Positions 59,313 through 64,000 of a stretch of DNA of 64,000 nucleotides are shown piece after piece (positions within the stretch are counted from its first letter, which is position 1; each line of letters begins with the position of its first letter). This DNA comes from Bacillota bacterium. GTDB lineage: Bacteria; Bacillota_I; Bacilli_A; RF39; UBA660. Where the stretch lies: NCBI GenBank assembly GCA_015059425.1, contig SVAM01000006.1, positions 14,017 to 78,016 of the forward strand, read 5' to 3'. The position numbers and the translations under genes are program-made. Under the pieces are notes generated by a model. It was not told the DNA's origin and searched no databases. It worked only from the letters and a program-made list of their open reading frames with translations.

Positions 59313-61718
59313 CTAAAATTCTTTAACATAATCAAGTAGTTTTATAAACATTTTTATAAACTCGTCTGATAATCCTTTTTTCTTTAATTTTTTTAGTGCT
59401 ATTCTCTTTTTATTAATAGCTTCTTCATTAAAAATTATAGCAGCGATATCTTCTTTTAAACTTGTTATTATGTTTAAATCATTTATTATATTGTTAATAT
59501 CTTCTTTAATTAATCTACCCGAATCTATTTCAATATTTTTACCACTACATTTGATTTTCAACTCTGTAACAGTTGATACATTATTAGCTATAATTATTAA
59601 GTCATTATCTTCTTCATATGCTTCTAATGCTATTTCTTTATCGTTTATGTATCCTTTTATTTCTTCAGCTTGTTTTGTATTTCTAAATCTAATTTTATAA
59701 TTACGATTGTTTGGTATTATTCCTGACTTACCCTCAATTGGTTTAATAACTAATGTGTAATTATTTGCTAAATAAGTATAATCTATTGCTGTTATAATAT
59801 AATAACCTTCTTCATGTAATCTTGAAATACCATCATCTTCATATAGTTTGTAGATATTGCTTCTGCCTGGAAAAACATGAATTTCCATATTAACTGGTGC
59901 ATTAGTATCATTTAAGTTTTCAGGTAAAATTGCTAAAGGAATTATTGCTCCACTTTTAGCAAATACTGGATAATCCTCATCTTTATAAAATGCTATGTAC
60001 CTTCTATCTCCACTAAATTTTTTACCAGTTTTAAAATCATACCATATTCCTTTAGGTAAAAATATTTCTTCTACACATCTATTCATAGTAAGATCTTTAG
60101 GTTTGGTAATCGGTTTTACTAACAATTCACTACCAAAATAATATTCATTTTTATATTTTGGTTCATCATATATTTCAGGGTACGTATAATATAAAGGTTG
60201 GATAAGAGGTAGTCCTATCTTATGATATTTATAGCCTTCTGTATAAATATATGGTATTAAACGATGCCTTAAATTACAATAGTCTTTAGCTATAGTATAA
60301 GTTAAAACATCCCATTCCCATGGTTCTCTTTTGTAATAGTGGCCTCTTTCACATGCTAATCTAAATATTGGACTAAATGTTCCTAATTGTACATATCTTC
60401 TATATAATTCAGGATCTTCTTTACCACCTTTGAATCCTCCGATATCATGGCTCCACCATGAAACTCCAATATTACTTGCACTAGAATTGAATGAAGGTAA
60501 GTAATCTAAAGTATCATAACCAACATTTGTGGGGCCTGAATAATGAATTCCATATAAATGAGATGCGGTTAATCCATTTCTTGAGAAAACAAGTGGTCTA
60601 TATCTATTATCTTTTATATAATTATTAAAATGATAATGATTTAAAGCTTTTAAACTTTGTAAATTATATTTGTAATCTATCCAATAAAAATCAATTCCTA
60701 AACTATCTAATGGTTTAATTAAATTTTCAAAATATATTTTTATAAATGTTCTATCAAAAATGTTAAAAGGAATATTTCTAGCATTAACTAATCCTAATTC
60801 ATTGGTAATTTTTTTAAATTTTTCTTCTTGATATCCAATACCTTCTACGGGATCAATGTTAAGTCCTATATGTATGCCTCTATCGTGCATATAATTTGTA
60901 AATTCATAAGGGTCCGGAAATAATTCTTTAGAAAATGTAAATCCTGTTTTAAATTTATTTAAATTGTTTTTATCTTTAATATGCCAAAATTCATTTAATA
61001 AAATTATTGATAAAGGTACGTTGTGATTATTAAATGTTTTTATTAGTTTTATTGTATCTTTAAATGAATATATAACATCTTTGTGCCACCAAATACCTAA
61101 CGCATACCTTGGTATTAATGGGGGATATCCCGTTAAAGTATAATAATCTTTTAAGCATAATCCAAAATCTCTTCTATAAATAAATAAATAGGTATCTACT
61201 CTTTTTTCAGAAGGTTTTACTAAGAAACCATCTTCCATAAATACTAAATTATTTGAATCATCAATTGATGTAAATCCATCGGTAGAATATAAACCTTTTT
61301 CTAATGGTTCATTGATATCGTTTTCTAAAGATGTTTTAGTTGCTCCATAATTTCTTACTTCAGGATGATTGTAATACCATATTTTATCACTGTTAGTTAA
61401 ACTTACTTTTAAGTTTTGATCAGGAGCATATTTAGGACCAATAAATGGTTTGTCTTTTATATATTTTAAAATAAAATACTTAGTTTTAATTACTAGTTTT
61501 TTGTCATTTTCTTCAACTTGAAATTCAGGTACAGAAAAATTACGGAATCTTGCAAATTCAGTTGGTTGGTCAAAAAAAATGCCTTTTTCATTATATTCAA
61601 ATCTTATTAATCTCTCTGATAATATCGTTATTCGATATTTACTACCTTGAAAAATTGATTTTGGATTACTAATGGCATTTTGGTAATTTACTTTGAAATG
61701 TGAATCTAAATTAGCCAC
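59313..61718 (-). CDS. Glycoside hydrolase family 31 (alpha-glucosidase/alpha-xylosidase-like)
   Basis: GIDFYWIDY and WWSHDIGGF motifs typical of GH31. GTG start with a GGGAG RBS. Confidence 0.85.
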   Translation of the reverse strand: MANLDSHFKVNYQNAISNPKSIFQGSKYRITILSERLIRFEYNEKGIFFDQPTEFARFRNFSVPEFQVEENDKKLVIKTKYFILKYIKDKPFIGPKYAPDQNLKVSLTNSDKIWYYNHPEVRNYGATKTSLENDINEPLEKGLYSTDGFTSIDDSNNLVFMEDGFLVKPSEKRVDTYLFIYRRDFGLCLKDYYTLTGYPPLIPRYALGIWWHKDVIYSFKDTIKLIKTFNNHNVPLSIILLNEFWHIKDKNNLNKFKTGFTFSKELFPDPYEFTNYMHDRGIHIGLNIDPVEGIGYQEEKFKKITNELGLVNARNIPFNIFDRTFIKIYFENLIKPLDSLGIDFYWIDYKYNLQSLKALNHYHFNNYIKDNRYRPLVFSRNGLTASHLYGIHYSGPTNVGYDTLDYLPSFNSSASNIGVSWWSHDIGGFKGGKEDPELYRRYVQLGTFSPIFRLACERGHYYKREPWEWDVLTYTIAKDYCNLRHRLIPYIYTEGYKYHKIGLPLIQPLYYTYPEIYDEPKYKNEYYFGSELLVKPITKPKDLTMNRCVEEIFLPKGIWYDFKTGKKFSGDRRYIAFYKDEDYPVFAKSGAIIPLAILPENLNDTNAPVNMEIHVFPGRSNIYKLYEDDGISRLHEEGYYIITAIDYTYLANNYTLVIKPIEGKSGIIPNNRNYKIRFRNTKQAEEIKGYINDKEIALEAYEEDNDLIIIANNVSTVTELKIKCSGKNIEIDSGRLIKEDINNIINDLNIITSLKEDIAAIIFNEEAINKKRIALKKLKKKGLSDEFIKMFIKLLDYVKEF

Positions 61719-61806
61719 ACTAACCTACTCCCTTTTCTACTATTAATATAATAACATATTTAAAAAAACAAAACAATAATTATATAATTAAAAAAAGATT
61801 AATAAT

Positions 61807-62805
61807 TTAATCTTTAAATAATACTTTTGCAGTTCTTAACATTTGTGCCGTATATCCATATTCATTGTCATACCATGCTACTACTTTAACTAAATTGTTG
61901 CTTACGTTAGTTAATAAACCATCAACTAATGCTCCATGTTTTTTACCTAATATATCACTTGATACTACTGGGTCAAAAGTAATTTTTATTGTGTCATCTT
62001 GATTATTTTTAAATATATTATTTATTTCTTCTACTGTAGTTTCCCTTTTTGGAATAAATGTTAATTCTACTAATGAACCATCTTCTACGGGAACACGATA
62101 AGAACCTCCATCAAGTTTACCATTTAATTCTGGTATAACTTTACCTATAGCAGATGCTGCACCTGTGGAAGTAGGTACAATATTTGAAGCACATGCCCTT
62201 CCTCTGCGAGCTTTAATTCCTTTCTTGTGTGAAATATCTAATGTTGCTTGATCGTTGGTATAAGCATGGATAGTAGACATAAACCCATTTTCTATACCTA
62301 TGTTACGTTCTAAGATGTTTACTATAGGTGCTAAACAATTTGTTGTACAACTTGCTGCTGAGATTACTTCTTCAGTGCCATCTAAAATATTTTCATTAAC
62401 ACTATAAACTATTGTTTTTACATTGTCTGATTTAGATGGTGCAGATATTAATACTTTTTTTGCTCCTGCTTTTATGTGTTTATAAGCTTTATCATATTCT
62501 GTAAATTTACCAGTACACTCAAGAACTAAATCAACACCAAGTTCTTTCCATGGTAAATTCTCTGGATCTAATTCATTATATACTTTTATTTTTTTTATAT
62601 TGTTGATAACAATGTCATTATCAACATAACTAATTAAATCTTCATGAAATGCACGATGAACTGTATCATATTTTAATAAATAAGATAGTTCTTCAGCCGT
62701 ACCTAAATCATTAATTGCTACTATATCGAAATCTGTAGATGTTATAATTTGTCTAAAAGCTAATCTACCTATACGACCAAAACCGTTTATCGCTACTTTA
62801 ATCAT
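61807..62805 (-). CDS. gap: Type I glyceraldehyde-3-phosphate dehydrogenase
   Basis: INGFGRIGR, ASCTTNCLAP and WYDNEYGY motifs. Confidence 0.96.
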   Translation of the reverse strand: MIKVAINGFGRIGRLAFRQIITSTDFDIVAINDLGTAEELSYLLKYDTVHRAFHEDLISYVDNDIVINNIKKIKVYNELDPENLPWKELGVDLVLECTGKFTEYDKAYKHIKAGAKKVLISAPSKSDNVKTIVYSVNENILDGTEEVISAASCTTNCLAPIVNILERNIGIENGFMSTIHAYTNDQATLDISHKKGIKARRGRACASNIVPTSTGAASAIGKVIPELNGKLDGGSYRVPVEDGSLVELTFIPKRETTVEEINNIFKNNQDDTIKITFDPVVSSDILGKKHGALVDGLLTNVSNNLVKVVAWYDNEYGYTAQMLRTAKVLFKD

Positions 62806-64000
62806 GCTTTCCTCCTCCTATGAATTCTCTTAAAATACTTGATTTACTTACATAATCACTGCTTATTGGGTAGAAACTACGTAAAAAATATAATAATCTT
62901 CGAGCTTCTTCATAATATTCTGAGTTTGTATCTATTGATAATAATAATGGTTCAATGTATACTTTTAAAACACCTAATTCGTACGGTAATGCTGTATTAA
63001 TTATAGTGTTGGCTTGATGGGTAAATGGGAAAATATATTTTGATTCGCCATTTCTAACGCTTTGCCATCCTTCAATTGTTTTACTAACATCGTGTCCTCT
63101 AGTTCTATTATCTCTTATTATTCTTCTAATTAATCTTAAATCAATAGTTGATATATAATTGTGTCTGTCTATATTTAATGGTATAAATGGGCTTAAATAT
63201 ATTTTATATTTATACTTTTGAGGAATAAATGGTGTCAAATCATCATTTAAACAATGTAGTCCTTCCATTAATATTATGCTGTTTTCTTTTAATTTTATTA
63301 TATTATTATGATATTCTTTTTTGCCTGCAATAAAATTATATGTTGGTACGTTTATTTCTTTACCTTTTAATAAATTAATTAAATCTGTATTCATTAAATT
63401 GATATCGATGGCATTTAAACATTCAAAATCGTAATTTCCTAACTCATCTTTTGGTGTATCTACTCTATCTACAAAATAATCATCAGTTGAAATACATATT
63501 GGGTCATATCCTCTACTTCTTAAGTATGCTCCTAAAATTCTTGTTGTAGTTGTTTTACCACTACTTGAAGGTCCTGCAATCATTATAAACCGTGTTTCAT
63601 TATTTCTAATTATTTCATCACATGCTTGTTTAATTTGACTTGTAAATTGTAATTCACATGATTCAATAAATCCCTCTATTTTACTACTACTAACTAAATT
63701 ATTTAAATCAGATACGTATGGCGCATTTAGTTTTTTAAGCCATGTTGCCCCTTCGTAAAATGATTTAATAATATTTTCATGATGTACATATTCTGGTATT
63801 TCTCCAAATGATAAATTACTTGGATATAAAATTACTATACGATTATTATCTAAGTATTTAATATCAAATTTACTTATACTCTTAGTACTATATGGCATTG
63901 GTGTATAGAAATAATTTAAATAATCTTTTAATTTATATAATGTGACAATGTGGTCGCATGTTCTTGCATTATTTGCTTTTTCGGGTGATAATGAAGAACT
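62798..64000 (-). CDS. Uridine-kinase/PRK-family P-loop nucleoside kinase-like protein (5-prime partial, continues past the right edge)
   Basis: Walker A GPSSSGKTTT. The frame stays open upstream of the ORF-track Met through position 64000 (..VLSLSPEKANNARTCDHIVTLYKLKDYLNYFYTPM..). Confidence 0.7.
   Translation of the reverse strand, partial: SSSLSPEKANNARTCDHIVTLYKLKDYLNYFYTPMPYSTKSISKFDIKYLDNNRIVILYPSNLSFGEIPEYVHHENIIKSFYEGATWLKKLNAPYVSDLNNLVSSSKIEGFIESCELQFTSQIKQACDEIIRNNETRFIMIAGPSSSGKTTTTRILGAYLRSRGYDPICISTDDYFVDRVDTPKDELGNYDFECLNAIDINLMNTDLINLLKGKEINVPTYNFIAGKKEYHNNIIKLKENSIILMEGLHCLNDDLTPFIPQKYKYKIYLSPFIPLNIDRHNYISTIDLRLIRRIIRDNRTRGHDVSKTIEGWQSVRNGESKYIFPFTHQANTIINTALPYELGVLKVYIEPLLLSIDTNSEYYEEARRLLYFLRSFYPISSDYVSKSSILREFIGGGKHD

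Overview
Very AT-rich (roughly 25% GC by eye) chromosomal segment of an endospore-forming, low-GC Firmicute. It carries spoVAC-AD-AE, a SigF/SigB-type sigma factor with a STAS antagonist, and cell-wall genes (LCP, MurT/GatD, FemAB). I cannot name the species. About 85% of the genes are on the minus strand. All family assignments come from motif recognition by eye; no database search was run.

Housekeeping content:
- obg, scpA/scpB, pcrA, ligA, pnp, rpsO
- rpsF-ssb-rpsR, leuS with a T-box leader, gap
- three tRNAs: Leu-CAA, Cys-GCA, Thr-CGT

Accessory or unusual content:
1. A canonical Gram-positive Tad/Flp pilus operon lies at 122-5035. Beyond obg sits a second, self-contained operon (7555-10222). 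It encodes four pilin-like proteins that share a 6-residue M-[KR]-[EQ]-[AS]-[TI]-G leader, two of them tiny and Cys-rich, plus a TadZ-like protein with a dead P-loop. No prepilin peptidase is visible in the window. This is my best candidate for an undescribed system.
2. An islet next to tRNA-Leu (13926-16057) holds two unknown genes. Each is preceded by a homologous noncoding module with 11-bp-phased TTTCCGA repeats, and there are fragments resembling tRNA 3-prime ends.
3. The STAS antagonist has Cys in place of the phospho-Ser, and no SpoIIAB/RsbW kinase gene is present.
4. A T-box(Leu)-controlled operon appears to include a small membrane protein and a Fic enzyme.
5. A family of secreted proteins has TasA/camelysin-like (SipW-type) N-termini and a shuffled conserved C-terminal module.
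6. Also present: a degenerate GGDEF receptor, a yefM-yoeB pair with a GTAC-palindrome operator, and a gene broken by a 32-bp insertion flanked by 13-bp direct repeats.
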